64,000 bases of DNA, from NCBI RefSeq assembly GCF_963921235.1, contig NC_086108.1, positions 111,354,001 to 111,418,000 on the forward strand. Direction: 5' to 3'. This DNA comes from Mobula hypostoma. Its lineage: Eukaryota. Below the pieces are notes generated by a model. The model made no database searches and was not told the origin of the DNA. It worked only from the letters and a program-made list of their open reading frames with translations. Below, piece after piece: positions 37,101 to 50,430 of this stretch. Every line of letters starts with the position of its first letter. Position 1 is the first letter of the stretch. The position numbers and the translations under genes were made by a program.

Positions 37101-39528
37101 CTGCCTGGAACATCTCCCCAAGGGGCTGACTGTATACCCTGTCCGTACCTGAAACAGAAGCCATGAGTAAGTACATCCAAGAGTCTCTAGCTGCAGGTAT
37201 CACCTAGCTGTCTTCATCCCTGCTGGTGCCAGTCTTTTCTTTGTTGAAAAGAAGGACGGCTCCTTGCGTCCATACATTGATTACCAGGGGTGGAATGAAG
37301 TCACTGTTAAGAACTGTTACCCTCTTCCGCTCATGACCTCGGCATTTGAACTACTGCAAGGAGCCTCAGTTTTCACCAAGCTTGATCTCCATCTTGTCTG
37401 CACCTGCGAAGGGGACGAGTGGAAGACACCTTCAGCACCACCTCAGACCATGATGAGTATCTGGTCATGCCAATGTCCCCGCTGTCTTCCAAGCCCTGGT
37501 AAATGACGTTCTCAGGGACATGCTGAACCAATTCGTTTTTGTGTATCTCGACGACATTTTGTTTTCTTTCCCAGTCCCTTGCTGAACATGCAGGTCACGT
37601 CCGCAGAGTTCTCCAGCACCTTCTGGAGAACCAGATCTTTGTGAAGGCTGAGAAATGTGAGTTTCATTGCAATACTGTCTCCTTCCTGGGGTATGTAATT
37701 CCAGGTGGTTCCATTCAGATGGACCAACAGAAGCTTAAGGCAGTGGTTGAATGGCTCCAACCTTCAACTCGTTGGGAGTTGCAACACTTCTTGGGCTTTG
37801 CTAACTTTTCTCGCCGCTTCATCAGAAATTACAGTACACTGGCTGCACCACTCACTGCTCTGACCTCTTCAGCTGTCAGATTCTCCTGGTCCCCTGCTGC
37901 TGAAAACGCATTCTCTGACCTGAAGGAACGTTTCACCTCTGCCCCCAATTCAACCCGACACCGACCGGCAGTTCATCGTGGAGATGGATGTGTCTGATAT
38001 TGGTGTAGGAGCTGTTCCCTCTTAGCGCTCGGCCAAGGATGCGTAGGTACACCCCTGCGACGCCTTCTCTCACCACCTCACTCCCACCGAGCAGAATTAC
38101 GATGTTGGAAACCGGGAGCTGCTGACTGTGAAGCTAGCTCTGGAGGAGTGGAGGCATTGGCTGGAGGGAGCCAAGGTGCCATTCTCAGTCTGGACTGATC
38201 ACAAGAATCTGGAATATATCCGTGCGGCCAAGTGTCTCAACTCCCTTCAAGCTGTTTTTATCAAAATTCAATTTTACTCTGTCCTTCTGCCCCAGTTTGA
38301 AGAATGGAAAACCTGATGCCCCCTCCTGAAGATTTCCTTCATCTGAGACCCCTGAGGTGCCCGATGTCATCCACCCTGCTCACTGTCTCGTGGGTGCAGT
38401 GCAATGGGACATTGAATCCACTGTGCAAGCTCCTCAACAGAGCGAGGCAGCCCCCGGTCAATGCCCCACTAACCGTGTGTATGTTCCCAGCTCAGTCTGC
38501 TCACAGGTATTGCAGTGGGGTCATTCCTCCCAGTTATCCTGTCACCCTGGAACCAAGCATACTCATGCCTTCATCAGTCAGTGGTTCTGGTGGCCTCCAT
38601 GGGAGATGACATCTGCAACTTTGTCTGTTCTCAAGGCAAGAACTGTAACCGGTCACTTTCTGGTCTGTTACTACCCCTGTTTATCCCCAAGAGACCCTGG
38701 TCCCACATTGTCCTGGATTTTGTCACTGGTCTTCCCCCAACAGATGGTAACACCACCATTCTCACAGTAGAATATCGTTTCTCCAAATCTGTACACTTCA
38801 TTCCTTTACCTAAGCTCCCCTCAGCCAAAGAAACAGCCAAATTATTAGTACCGCATGTTCTTAAATTACATGGTTTACCTGTAGATGTTGTGTCACAGGG
38901 GCTCTCAATTCACATCCAACTTCTGGAGGGCATTCTGTAATCTTCTGGGTACCTCTGAGAGTCTGTCTTCAGGATTCCATCCACTGACCAATGGCCAGAC
39001 CGAGCGGGCCAACCAACAGCTAGAGACTGTATTTCGGTGTCTGGTCTCCCAGAACCCCTCTGCGTGGAGTCAGCAGCTACCCTGGGCCGAGTACGCCATA
39101 AACTCTCAACCGTCCTCCTCCACCGGTCTGTCCCCTTTCGAGTGCTGCCTTGGCTACCAACCTCCACTGTTTCCTGCCCAGGAGGAGGAGGTTGGCATTC
39201 CATCTGCTGTTTCAGTCGATGTGGAGGGCCACTCGCTCTGCCCTTCTTCGTGCCTCTGCTGGGATCAAGTATCAAGCTGACCACCATCACTCCAAGGCCC
39301 CATGTTGCCGCCAGGGACAGCGTGTGTGGCTTTCAACCCGAGACCTGCCCCAAGGTGGATTCCTGCAAGCTCACCCCCACTTCATCGGCCCCTGTCCCAT
39401 TGCTAAAGTCATCAGCCCTGCTGCCGTCCATCTGAAGCTTCCCTCCACTCTCTGCTGGATTCATCCCACCTTCCATGTGTTCCACATCAAGCCTTTCATC
39501 AGCCACCCCCTGTGTCCTGTCCCCTGTC
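34155..39528 (+). mobile_element. Degraded Ty3/Gypsy LTR retrotransposon (sushi/Tf2-like): 5' LTR, gag, protease, RT, RNase H, integrase; no 3' LTR seen
   Basis: LTR 34155-34626 with TGTCAG...CTGACA termini, followed by gtacaatctggcca-ATGGATCCAGCA. Gag MDPAD...PEKYSGEP, protease DSGA, RT/RNase H fragments ([22 protein letters not shown]), integrase ([27 protein letters not shown]). Confidence 0.9.
34979..35895 (+). mobile_element. Rex1/Babar LINE 3' fragment inserted in the Gypsy gag
   Basis: ORF 34967-35671 FADDTTIVG...YREE...KFLGV...FYRCTVESIL...NSFFP and an (aaagtat)n tail. Gag (FELQPT|TFPTD) resumes after it. Confidence 0.88.
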
Positions 39529-40061
39529 ACCATCTGGTATGGGGTGGTGGGGAACTACTGCATAGGATTGAAGTAAGTTGCAGAGAGATGTAAACTTAGT
39601 CAGCTCCATCAAGGGCACCAGCCTCTGTGGTACCCAGGACATCTTTGAGGAGTGATGCCTCAAAAAGCCGCTGTCCATCATTAAGGACCCCCATCGTGTG
39701 TGCTCATTGCCACCATCAGGGAGGAGATCCAGAAGTCTGAAGGCACACTTATATGCAACAGAATATATACATTTGCTGTAATTCATGGTTTCTGTTTCTC
39801 TGTCATGTATTGCAATGTACTACTGCTGCAAAGTCAACAAATCTCACGATATACACTGGTGATATTCAACCTGATTCTGTTCTCCTGCCTTCTCCTTTCA
39901 CACCCAGACTAAACAAGAACTTGTCAACCTCCATTTAAATATACTCAATGACCTGGCCTCCACAGCAATCTGTGGCAAGGAATTCCACAGATTCACCACC
40001 GTCTGGCTAAAAAATTCCTCATCTCTGTTCTACATGGACATTCTGCTGTTCCGACACTGTA

Positions 40062-40489
40062 CCCTCTGCTCCTAGACTCCCCCATAACCGGAAACGTCCT
40101 CTCCACATCCACTCTACCTAGGCCCTCTGCTCCTAGACTCCCCCATAACCGGAAACGTCCTCTCCACATCCACTCTACCTAGGCCCTCTGCTCCTAGACT
40201 CCCCCACAACCGGAAACGTCCTCTCCACATCCACTCTACCTAGTCCCTCTGCTCCTAGACTCCCCCACAACCGGAAACGTCCTCTCCACATCAACTCTAC
40301 CTAGGCCCTCTGCTCCTAGACTCCCCCACAACCGGAAACGTCCTCTCCACATCAACTCTACCTAGGCCCTCTGCTCCTAGACTCCCCCACAACCGGAAAC
40401 GTCCTCTCCACATCCACTCTACCTAGGCCCTTTGCTCCTAGACTCCCCCATAACCGGAAACGTCCTCTCCACATCAACTCTGTCTAGGC
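40062..40489. repeat. 61-bp tandem repeat, 7 copies, derived from a CR1 3' fragment
   Basis: Unit ccctctgctcctagactcccccayaaccggaaacgtcctctccacatcmactctacctagg, embedded in minus-strand CR1 sequence. Confidence 0.95.
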
Positions 40490-40589
40490 CTTTCAATATT
40501 CAATAGGTTTCACCAAGATTCCTCTCTCATTCTTCTAAAGTTGAGTTTGTTGTCAACTTGAAAGAAAGTGCCAAGAAAATAATCATTAC

Positions 40590-40719
40590 TTTGATGAATT
40601 GTCAGAAGAAGATGTGGAATTTTAGCAATGCTCTCGAATCCTTGCGCTCTCACGATCGGTGCAGGCTCAGGAATATGCAGAGGAACGGGCAGCTCAAAGC
40701 CTTGGTAATAGATGGTAGA
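40590..40719 (-). CDS. vtg: Vitellogenin exon, end of lipovitellin light chain
   Basis: tttctgttccag|...|gtaatg; 130 nt, phase 0 to 1; STIYYQGFELPVPLHIPEPAPIVRAQGFESIAKIPHLLLTIHQ. Confidence 0.9.
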
Positions 40720-42845
40720 CTGGAACAGAAATAACATGGACAATAGAAAACCTAAACACGAGAAATTTTGCGGATGATGGAAATGCAAAGCAACACACTC
40801 AAGATGCTGGAGGAACTCAGCAGATTAGACAGCCTCTATGGCAGGGGTCCCTAACCTTTTTTACCCCTTGGACCAATGCCATTAACTGAGGGGCCCGTGG
40901 ACTCAGGCTGGAAAACCTGATTGATGGAGGAGAATAAACGGACGATGTTTCAGGCCGAGACCCTTCATCAGTACTGGAAAGGAAGAGAAGAAAGCTACAA
41001 TAAGCTGGGGGGAGGGGAAGGAGGACAAACTGACAGGTGACAGGTGAGGGGGAAATGCTGAGGGTGAGGGGGGGGATGAAGTAAGAAGCGGGGAGGCAAT
41101 AGGTGGAAGAGGTAAAAGGCTGAAAAAGAAGGAATCATAGAGGAGAGGAGAGCAGACTATGGGAGAAAGGGAAGGAGGAAGGACACCGGGGGAGGTGATG
41201 GGCAAGAGAGGAGAAGAGAAGGGGTAAGAAGGGAGCCAGAGTGGGGAATGGAAAAAGAAAGAATGGTGAGGGGGGAAGAAATTACTGGAAGTTAGAGAAA
41301 TCAGTGTTTATGTTGTCAGGTTGAAAGCTACCTGGACAGTAGCCAACAGCCTGGAAAATAGAACATAGAACAATACAGCACAGGAACAGACCCTTGGGCC
41401 ATGATATCTGTGACCAGCTTGAAAATTAAACTAATCCCTAAATAGTTTATTAGCAGGAATTAGTTCACCATCCTGAAGAAGAGTCTCGGCCCGAAACCTT
41501 AGCTGCTTATTCCTCTCCATAGATGCCACCTGACCAGCTGAGGTCCTCCAGCATCTTCTGTATGTACTGAACTAATCCCTCCTCCCTGCACACAATCCAT
41601 ATCCCTCCACATGATCCGTATCCCTCCACACCATCCGTATCCCTCCTCCCTCCACACAATCCATATCCCTCCTCCCTGCACATCCATGTGCTACCCAAAT
41701 GTTTCTTGATCATCACCATCATATCTGCCTCCATCTCCACACTGATGGCCCACCCACCCCAAACATTCTTTCTTCTCCCTTCTACCATTGGGCAGAAGAT
41801 TCAAAAGCCAGAAAGGACAAGCCTCCAGGCTCAAGGCCAGCTGCTACCCCACTGTGATAAGTCTATTGAATGGTCTCCTAGTGCGATAAATTGGACTTTT
41901 GACCTCACAATCTACCTCATTTTGACCTTGTACCTTAATGTCTACCTGCACTGCACTCTCTCTGTAACGAACCCCACATTCTGTTATTGTTTTAGCTTGA
42001 GCTCGCTCAGTGCACTGCTGTAATGAAGTGATGTGTGTAGACGACATGGAAAACAAGTGCTTTCACTGTGCCTTGATACATGTGACCATAATGTGCCAGA
42101 TTAATTACTCTCGGGCTCACACCACTCCCTGTGTAAAAGACCCTGGCCTCCACATCTTTAACTTTTTCCCTCTCACCTTATATGCATTTGCTCTTATATT
42201 CAACATTCCTACCCTGTCTCTTATAATTTCAAGAACTTTGATCAGGTTTATAAAATTATTAGAGGCATGGATAGAGGGATATGCTGTCTTCTCATTGCAA
42301 CCATTGGGGAGGAGGTACATGAACCTGAAGACACACTCTCAATAGTTCAGGAACAGCTTCTTCCCTTCCATCATCAGATGGACAATGTGAACACTCATCA
42401 ACATCTTTATGTGCCGTGTCATATGATGTGGGCAATTGTGGTCTTTGACCATGATCACTCTTAGCAAACTTTTCTACAGAAGTGGTTTGCCATTGCCTTC
42501 TTCTGTGCAGTGTCTCTACAAGACAGGTGACCCCAGCCATTATCAATACTCTTGAGAGATTGTCTACTTGGTGTCACTGGTCACATAACCAGGACTTGTG
42601 ATCTGCACCAGCTGCTCATACAACCATCCACCACCTGCTCCCATGGGTTCATGTGACCCTGTTTGGGGGGCTAAGCAGGTTCTACACCTTGCCCAAGGGA
42701 GACCTGCAGGCTAGCAGAGGGAAGAAGTAACTCCAACCCACCACCCTCATGAACAGTATCTTGGTATTTTTGCTTTCTTTTTGCACAACTTATTCAATTT
42801 AATTTTTTAAATAAACTTACTGTAATTTATATATTTTATTATTAT

Positions 42846-43667
42846 TGTTACACCATGGATAAGATTTTTACTGTTATGCTGCAGGTATTTCATTTTAGTA
42901 GTTCTGTAAGAACAGGCTGTTCTGCTTTCAGCCTGTTTGAGTTTGAACTAAAGAAAAGAGGCTTTGTTATTCAACTTAGGATTGTTGTGTCATCCAGTCA
43001 GGATGGTGGAATTGGGAGAAAGTTTGAGAGAACACTGGGTGGAGAGGTTTTTGTGACAGACACTGGTGTGGGTCAAGGTCTTTTTGGCAGAAGCTGGGAG
43101 AAGACAGGAGGGGAGATGGCTGAGGACGCTGACCCTGTTGTACAAGGTGCTTTGTGCAGATGAATGACTTCAAGGAGGAAGGACCAATACTCCCGTGGGG
43201 GAGCCCATTTGTTCGAGAAGGATTTCGAGTGACATTCAGAAGGTGGTGTGTGCTTTCATGCACACCAGGGGTCCAATGTGTGACTTAAAGACAACTTCAA
43301 GATGAGCTCCAATTTATGTGTGCATTTGGACTGAGTTAACTGTAATGGGCCTTTTTTCTTTTTCCTACTTACTGTTCAATAAAGCTGAAATTTGTAAATA
43401 TACTTTCTTTATTATTATATGCAGGGTATGATCTGTTATTTATTGCCAATGGCTAATTGCGTGGGAGTAGTAATTACACAGTATTCACACGGATCTGGGT
43501 TCGGGTGGTCAAGACATCGTAACGTCCCTGTTTTGGTGACCCAAGTCGTATCGACCCTAGACATACAGAGCTTGAGAAAGGTGGCTTTCTCACTGCTGAG
43601 TTCGGTGGCTGTTAACGAGAGGCTAACGAGCTGCATCTCTGGAGATGCCCAGTAAAAGGGGTCTTCA
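42846..43667 (+). mobile_element. Probable solo LTR (822 bp) inserted in a Rex-type 3' UTR
   Basis: TG...CA termini, a 4-bp TSD ttat (42842-42845 and 43668-43671) and an internal AATAAA. The flanks join into the Rex-type 3' UTR motif seen elsewhere in the window. Confidence 0.65.
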
Positions 43668-43705
43668 TTATGTATGGCATTGTACTGCTGCAGCAAAGCA
43701 ACTAC

Positions 43706-43790
43706 TTTCATGACATATGCCAGTGATATTTCATGACATATGCCAGTGATATTTCATAATATATGCCAGTGATATTTCATGACATATGTC
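43706..43790. repeat. 23-bp tandem repeat, about 3.7 copies
   Basis: Unit tttcatgacatatgccagtgata. Confidence 0.85.
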
Positions 43791-43964
43791 AGATGCCTGA
43801 TTCTGGTGCAGGTCTCCTCACAGCCTTCAACGCTCCAGAGAAACAGCACAAGTTTGTCCAACCAGCCCATGTCTCTAACGTTCACGATTATGCGGGTAAG
43901 GAACCGGTGGCTCTGATTGCAATCTGGAGCCAAGTTAAATAATTATAAATGAAGAAAATGGTAC

Positions 43965-44094
43965 CCTGGGTAGCTTCACGATTGTATTGACAGTCCGTGG
44001 AGAGGTGAGGGCGATCAGCTGTGTAATCTGATGAGAGGGATTGTCTTTAAATCTGTTGGAAAATCCCAGTAGATAAGCGAATCCTGACCCAATT
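43965..44094 (-). CDS. vtg: Vitellogenin exon, lipovitellin light chain
   Basis: tttgttttaaccag|...|gtacca; 130 nt, phase 2 to 0. IGSGFAYLLGFSNRFKDNPSHQITQLIALTSPRTVNTIVKLPR has the LGFS...NPS.Q...ALTSPRT...VKLP motif. Confidence 0.95.
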
Positions 44095-44172
44095 CTGGTT
44101 AAAACAAAACATTACTTTGGTATTGTGGGTTAAGAAACAGTGGACACAACAATGAAATGACACATTTCTTAC

Positions 44173-44315
44173 ATTCTGCTGCCGGTTGCGTAGCCCTTAG
44201 GCATAGAGGCCCATTTAGTTTGAATTTTCAGAGCCGGATGGTTTGCAAGATATCCCAGCAATGCCTGGAATGTTATCTTATACTTCTCGCAGTTTTTACC
44301 CCATCTGTACATCAC
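44173..44315 (-). CDS. vtg: Vitellogenin exon, lipovitellin light chain
   Basis: tcttccag|...|gtaaga; 143 nt, phase 0 to 2. VMYRWGKNCEKYKITFQALLGYLANHPALKIQTKWASMPKG has the WG..C..Y and HPA motifs. Confidence 0.95.
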
Positions 44316-45479
44316 CTGGAAGATTTAAAAACGTTATTTTTGCAGTTAACATAGAACAGGGAATATAGAATAGTACAGCACAGGAACCAGCCCTTCGGCC
44401 CACAATGTTGTGCCAAACCAATTAACCTAGTAATCAAGTGGCCAACTGCAAGATCGAGGGTTTGCCATACAGGATGTGCTTTTTTTTCCAGGTGTGGTTT
44501 CTGCCGTCTATTGCTTTGATATAAATGGCTTTGCTAGGCACTTCTGGAAAGGACTCGGTTGAGGTAATCAGGAGTAAGATCAAGGATCAGCTTTATTTAC
44601 CATATACCTTTACATCTGTTGGGAACTTGCTGTCGTGTGTTGGTCAGGGTGAGACATGCAACAAAAACAACATTCAACAATTATAAAGAATAAAAAAAAT
44701 AAAAAAATAAAATTTGAAGTAGAGATATTGAATAAACTACAAAAGCAGCATGCATTTACGATGTAAACAGTATTATAAAATGTGATTTAAAGTGTTTACA
44801 GTGGAGTAACAGGTAATAGATAGCGGGGGTAGGGGAAGATCAGCTGCCTGAGGGAAGAAATTTTTAATATTGGGTGAAGTTTTTGAAGATTTGTCATTGA
44901 AATGGAATATAAAGGGCTTTAACAAAACATGTTGCATTTTAGAAAATAAAACAACAACATTCAACAATTATACAGAATAAAGAATTATGTAAAAATAATG
45001 TTAGAAGTACAGGTATGGAGAAAATATACAGAAATACATAAATACCATCATGTACATATTTACAGCATTATAAAAATTGTTGTAAAGTCTTTCCAGTGCA
45101 GTGACTGACTAAGGTATTAGATGGGTGTGTGGGTCTAACTAGAATGAGTGCACATCAATGTGCCTATCCAAGAACCTTTTGAATGCCTCCATCACCATTC
45201 CAGGCATCCATCACTCTGTGTAAAAAAAAAACTACCTCTCACATCTCCTTTGATATTACCCCCTCTCATCTCAAATGCATGCTGTCTGGTATTAGACATT
45301 TCTACAGTGGGAAGTATCCAGGTATCTTGGTAGGGTTTGGAGGAAGCAGAGTTAATCGAGGCTTTCAGGAGGAATTAGATCATCAAGAGAAGAGTTTCCA
45401 GGCACTATACTCGCTATACTCGGCGCTACTCCGCAGAGAACACATTCATTAAGGCACTTTTAGTCCTCTTCAAATGTCA

Positions 45480-47850
45480 AAGTTCAAAGTAAATTTAATA
45501 TCAAAGTACATATATGTCACCATATCCAACCCTGAGATTCATTTTCTTGTGGACATACTCAATAAATCCATAACAAAATAATAACCATAATAGAATCAAT
45601 GAAAGACCGCACCAACTTGGGCATTCAACTAATGTGCAAAAGACAACTGTACAAATACAAAAAGGAGGAAATAATAATAATAAATAAGTAAGCAATAAAT
45701 ATCAAGAAAATGAGATGAAGAGTCCTTGAAAGTGAGTCCATAGGTTGTGGGAACAGTTCAGTGATGGGGTGAGTGAAGTTGAGAGACATTTTCCCCTCTG
45801 GTTCAGGAGCCTGATGGTTGAGGGGTAATAACTTTACCTGAACCTGGTGGTGTGAGTCCTGAGGCTCCTGTACCTCCTCCCTGATGGCAGCAGAGAGAAG
45901 AGAGCATGGCCTGGAGGGTGGGGGTCCCTAATGCTGCTTCCCTGCGACAGCGCTTCGTATAAATGTGCTCGATAGTGGGGAGGGCTTTACCCATGATGGA
46001 CTGGGCCGCATGCACTATTTCTTGTAGGATTTTCCATTCAAGGGCATTCTGTGTTTCCATACCAGGCTGTGATGCAGCCATTCAATACACCACACATCTA
46101 CAGAAGTCTGTCAGGGTTTTAGATGTCATGCCTAATCTTTGCAAACTCCTGAGGAATTAGAGGTGCTGCCATGCTTTCTTTGAAATTGTGCTTACGTGCT
46201 GGGCCCAGGACAGGTACTCTGAAATAATAGCACCGAGGAATTTAAAGTTGCTGACCCTCTGCACCTCTGACCCTTCGATGAGGACTGGCTCTGGTTTTTT
46301 CTTCCTGAGGTCAATAATCAGCTCCCTTAGTCTTGCTGACATTGAGTAAAAGGTGGTTGTTGTGACACCACTCAGCCAGATTTTCAATCTCCCTCCTATA
46401 TGCTGATTCATCGCCACCTTTGATTCGGCCTACGACAGTGGTGTTGTCAGCAATCTTGAATATGGCATTGGAATCGGGCGTAGCCACCCTGTCATTAACG
46501 TAAAGCGAGTAGAGCAGCGGTCTAAGCATACAGCCTTGTGGTACATCTGTGCCAATGGAGATTGCGAAGGAGGTGTTATCACCAACCCTTACCGACTGGG
46601 GTCTACAACTGAGGAAATCGAGGATCCAATTGCACAAGGAGGTACTGAGCCCATGGTTTTGGAGCTAATTGATGAGTTTTGAGGGGATGATGATACTGAA
46701 TGCCAAGCTGTAGTCGATGAAGAGTATCCTGATGTATGCAGCTTTGCTGTCCGGATACCCCAGGGATGAGTGACAAGCCACTGACATGGCATCTGCTGGA
46801 GACCTGTTGCTCTGGTAGGCAAATTGGAGTGGATCGAAGTCGCTCCTCAGGCAGGAGTTGATACGTTTCACCTTCAACCTGTCAAAGCACTTCATCACTG
46901 TGGATGCAAATGTTCCTGGAGGTAGGCTACCATGTTCTTCTCAGGCAATGGTAAAATTGAAGCCTGTTTAAAGGAAGTGGGTTCCTTAGACTGCTGAAGT
47001 GAGAGGTTAAGGATCTCAGCGAACACTCCAGTCAATTAATCAGTCCTTTAGTACTTGGCGAGGTACGCCATCTGGGCCAGATGCTCTTCATGAGTTCACC
47101 CTCCTCTAGGCTGCTTGCGTGTCACGGGATCATCAGGAGCTGTGATAGTTCCTCCATGCTTTGGCTGTCAAAGCGAGCTTAGAAGGCATTGAGCCCACCT
47201 GGAAGCGAAGCACTGTTGTTGTCTATGTCACTTGATTTAACTTTATAATTGGTGAAAGCATTCCAGCCCTGTCACAATGGTCAAGCATCCTTCATTGATT
47301 CAGGTTTAGTTTGGAATTGTCACTTCACCTGTGAAGTGGCTTTCCGGAGATCATACTGGACCTCTTGTAACTTTCTTGGTCACCAGACATGAATGCCTGT
47401 GGTCTGGCTCTCAGCAGATTGCAAATCTCATGGTTCATCCAGGGCTTCTGGTTGGGAAAGAATCTGAGTGATTTTGTGGGGATACACTAGACTACAGCTG
47501 TTTTAATAAAGTCAGTGATGACCATGGTGTATTCATTCAGATCCTCTTGTTCTTGAACATGGCCCAGTCCACCAACTGGAAGCAATTCCATAGCCTCTGC
47601 TCTGCCTCCTGTGATCATCTCTTTGTTGTCCTTATTTCTGGAGATTTGTTGATCAGCCTCTCTCTGCCTGTAAGCAGGTTGGAGAAGGACAGTCAAGTGA
47701 TCCAGTTTACCAAAATGTGGTCTGGGTATGGAAAAGTAGACACTCCTTAGCTTAGTATAACAGTGGGACCTCTAGTGCCACAGGTTATATGCTGATGCAA
47801 TTGGGCAGGGTCTTCTCCAGACAAGCCTGGTTGAAGTTCCCGACTATGAT
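45480..47850 (-). mobile_element. Degraded Rex1/Babar LINE
   Basis: ORFs 46665-46898 (MKCFDRL, DPLQFAY, RILFIDYS), 46311-46637 ([17 protein letters not shown]), 46157-46417 and 45803-46081. Confidence 0.85.
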
Positions 47851-49639
47851 TTGGAATACATTGGGTGGACTGTGTCTTGTTTGGAGACGGCATCATGCAG
47901 TATCTCAAGTGCTTGCTTACAGTATGCAGCAGTGAGAAGAGAGCATGGCCTAAATGGTGGGAATCCTTGATGATGGATGCTGCTTTCCCGTGACAGGAGC
48001 CCTTGCAAACGTGCTCAGTGGTGGGAGCTTTACCCAGGATGGAATGGGCTATCCTGTCTGGACAATTGCAGGTACAGTGCCCTCTCTCAGCCTCTCTCAC
48101 TGCAATCTCTGCACCATTCTCTTGTATTTATTATATGTGCTATTTGTACTATTGTGATATGCAGTGTGCTGTGTGCTGTTGGCACTGTGTTTTGCACCTT
48201 GGCCCCAGAGAAACATTGTTTCATTTGGCTGTATTCAGATATGGTTGAATGACAATTAAACTCGAACAGAACTTGGCAACCCAGGGGTAAATGATTTGAT
48301 GAACTAAAGCAGGATCAGTCTCCGCTTGCTGGGAGCTAGAAGGTTATCAATGACCCAGCATAAGCACAATAACCCAAATTTCCTATGATTTACCCCTCTG
48401 AGTTGGGTGGCACGGTAGCAAAGAGATTAGCACAATGCTTTGCATTATCATCTGTACAATTGATCGGGGTTCAATTACTGCTGCTGCTTGTAAGGAGTTT
48501 GTACATTCTCCCCGTGACCGTGTGGGTTTCCTCCCACATTCCAAAGACGTACGGGTAAGTTGTGGGCATGCTCTATTGGCACCGGAAGCATGACAGTACT
48601 TGCAGGCTGCCCCCACAACATCCTGATGCAAGCAATGTATTTCAATGTATTTCAATGTATTATTTTGATGTGGATGGGACAAATAAAACAATTCTTTAAA
48701 TCTTTTTAGAGATTGTTTTACATTCTTAGCCTTAATCAGAAACAACTAGAGGTCATGGATTAAGGGTGAAAGGTGAAAGGAAACTTCTACCTTCAGAGGA
48801 TGGTGAGAGAGTAGAACAGGATGCAGTGGAAGTGATGGATTTGGGTTCAATTTCAACATTAAGAGAATGTTTTTTAGGTACTTGGGTGAGAGGGATATGG
48901 AGGGCTATGGTCTGGGTGCAGGTCAATGGGACCAGGTAAATGAATAGTTCAGCATGGACCAGACAGGCCGAAGGGCCTGTTTCTCTGCTGTAGTGTTGAC
49001 TCGAACTCATCTGTAAATCTGAGCCAATTGTTAGCTATTATAAGACCATAAGACATAGGAGCAGAACTAGGCCATTCAGCCCATCAAGTCTGCTCCACCA
49101 TTCTATCATGGCTGATCCCGGATCCCACTCAACCCCATACCCCTGCCTTCTCGCCATATCAGGAAATGATCAACTTCAGCCTTACATATACCCACGGACT
49201 GAGCCTCCAACACAGTCTGTGGTAGAGTATTCCGCAGACTTACTGCTCTCTGGCTAAAATAATTGTTCCTTAACTCTGTTCTAAAGGGTTGTCCCTCAAT
49301 GTTGAGTGTGAGTCTTCTAGTTCTGGATACCCCCACCATAGGAAACATCCTCTCCACATCCACCTTATCTAGTTATTGTCACCTTCCTGTCAGTTTGAAC
49401 CAGTCTGGCCATTGTCCTCTGACCTTTCTCATTAACAAAGTGTTTTCACTCACAGAACTGCAGCTCACTGGATGTTTTTTGCTCCTTGCACCATTCTCTG
49501 TAAGCTCTAGAGACTCTTGTGCATGAAATCCCAGGAGATCAGCTATTTCTGAGATACTCAAACCATCTGGTCTGGTACCAATAATCTATGGTCAAAGTCA
49601 CTTAGATCACATTTCTTTCCCATTCTTATGTTTGGTCTG

Positions 49640-50206
49640 AACCATTACTGTCCATTACTAACACTTTGTCGATTATCATTGCAATGTCCATTACAAACAC
49701 CTTGTCTGTTACCATTGCTGTCCCTATTACTAACACCTTGTCTGTTACCATTGCTGTCCTTATTACTAATACCTTCTCTGTTACCATTACTGTGTCCATT
49801 ACTAGCACCTTGTCCATTACTATTACTGTCCAATACTAACACATTGTCCATTACTATTACTGTCCATTACTAACACCTTGTCGATTACCATTACAATGTC
49901 CATTACAAACACCTTGTCTGTTACCATTACTACGTCCATTACTAACACCTTGTCCATTACTAACACCTTGTCCATTACCATTACTATGTCCATTACTAAC
50001 ACCTTGCCTGTTACCATTACAACGTCCATTACTAACACCTTAACACGAGGAATTCTGCAGATGCTGGAAATTCAAGCAACAGCGTCCTGACAAAGGGTCT
50101 CGGCCCGAAACGTCGACTGTACCTCTTCCTAGAGATGCTGCCTGGCCTGCTGCGTTCACCAGCAACTTTGATGTGTGTTACTAACACCTTGTCTGTTACC
50201 ATTACT
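49640..50206. repeat. 18/36-bp minisatellite (ttaccattactatgtccattactaacaccttgtc-like), interrupted at 50042-50178
   Basis: Repeated tccattactaacaccttg units, which give low-complexity ORFs (MDKVLV repeats). Confidence 0.9.
50042..50178 (+). mobile_element. 137-bp Penelope-derived mini-insertion (inverted tail, hammerhead and pLTR end)
   Basis: Homologous to 4881-4976 and flanked by a tactaacacctt duplication (50030-50041 and 50179-50190). Confidence 0.8.
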
Positions 50207-50217
50207 GAGTAGCTTAC

Positions 50218-50430
50218 CTTTGCCTTGTATGGTCTAGGACTGCTGGCATCCAAACACATCTTCCAGCTGCTGTCATCGTCCAGCTCCACGACACGCAGGT
50301 GGACTCTTGGCCTGCCACTTGCGCTTTCCACTGTGCCAGTCAGCTGGTAGCCCTGCAAGTTGCCATCTGACCTCACGGCTTTGGCGATGACGACGAGTAC
50401 AGTGGGACCGAGCTCTCCAACCTGATCCAG
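50218..50430 (-). CDS. vtg: Vitellogenin exon, lipovitellin light chain
   Basis: cctttgtaatacag|...|gtaagc; 213 nt. LDQVGELGPTVLVVIAKAVRSDGNLQGYQLTG...RPRVHLRVVELDDDSSWKMCLDASSPRPYKAK carries the Vtg AVR.D...QGYQ and WK.C.DA motifs. Confidence 0.95.

Noticed and set aside
40062..40489. CRISPR-like array
   Set aside because: Contiguous tandem units with no unique spacers, derived from CR1, in a eukaryotic context.
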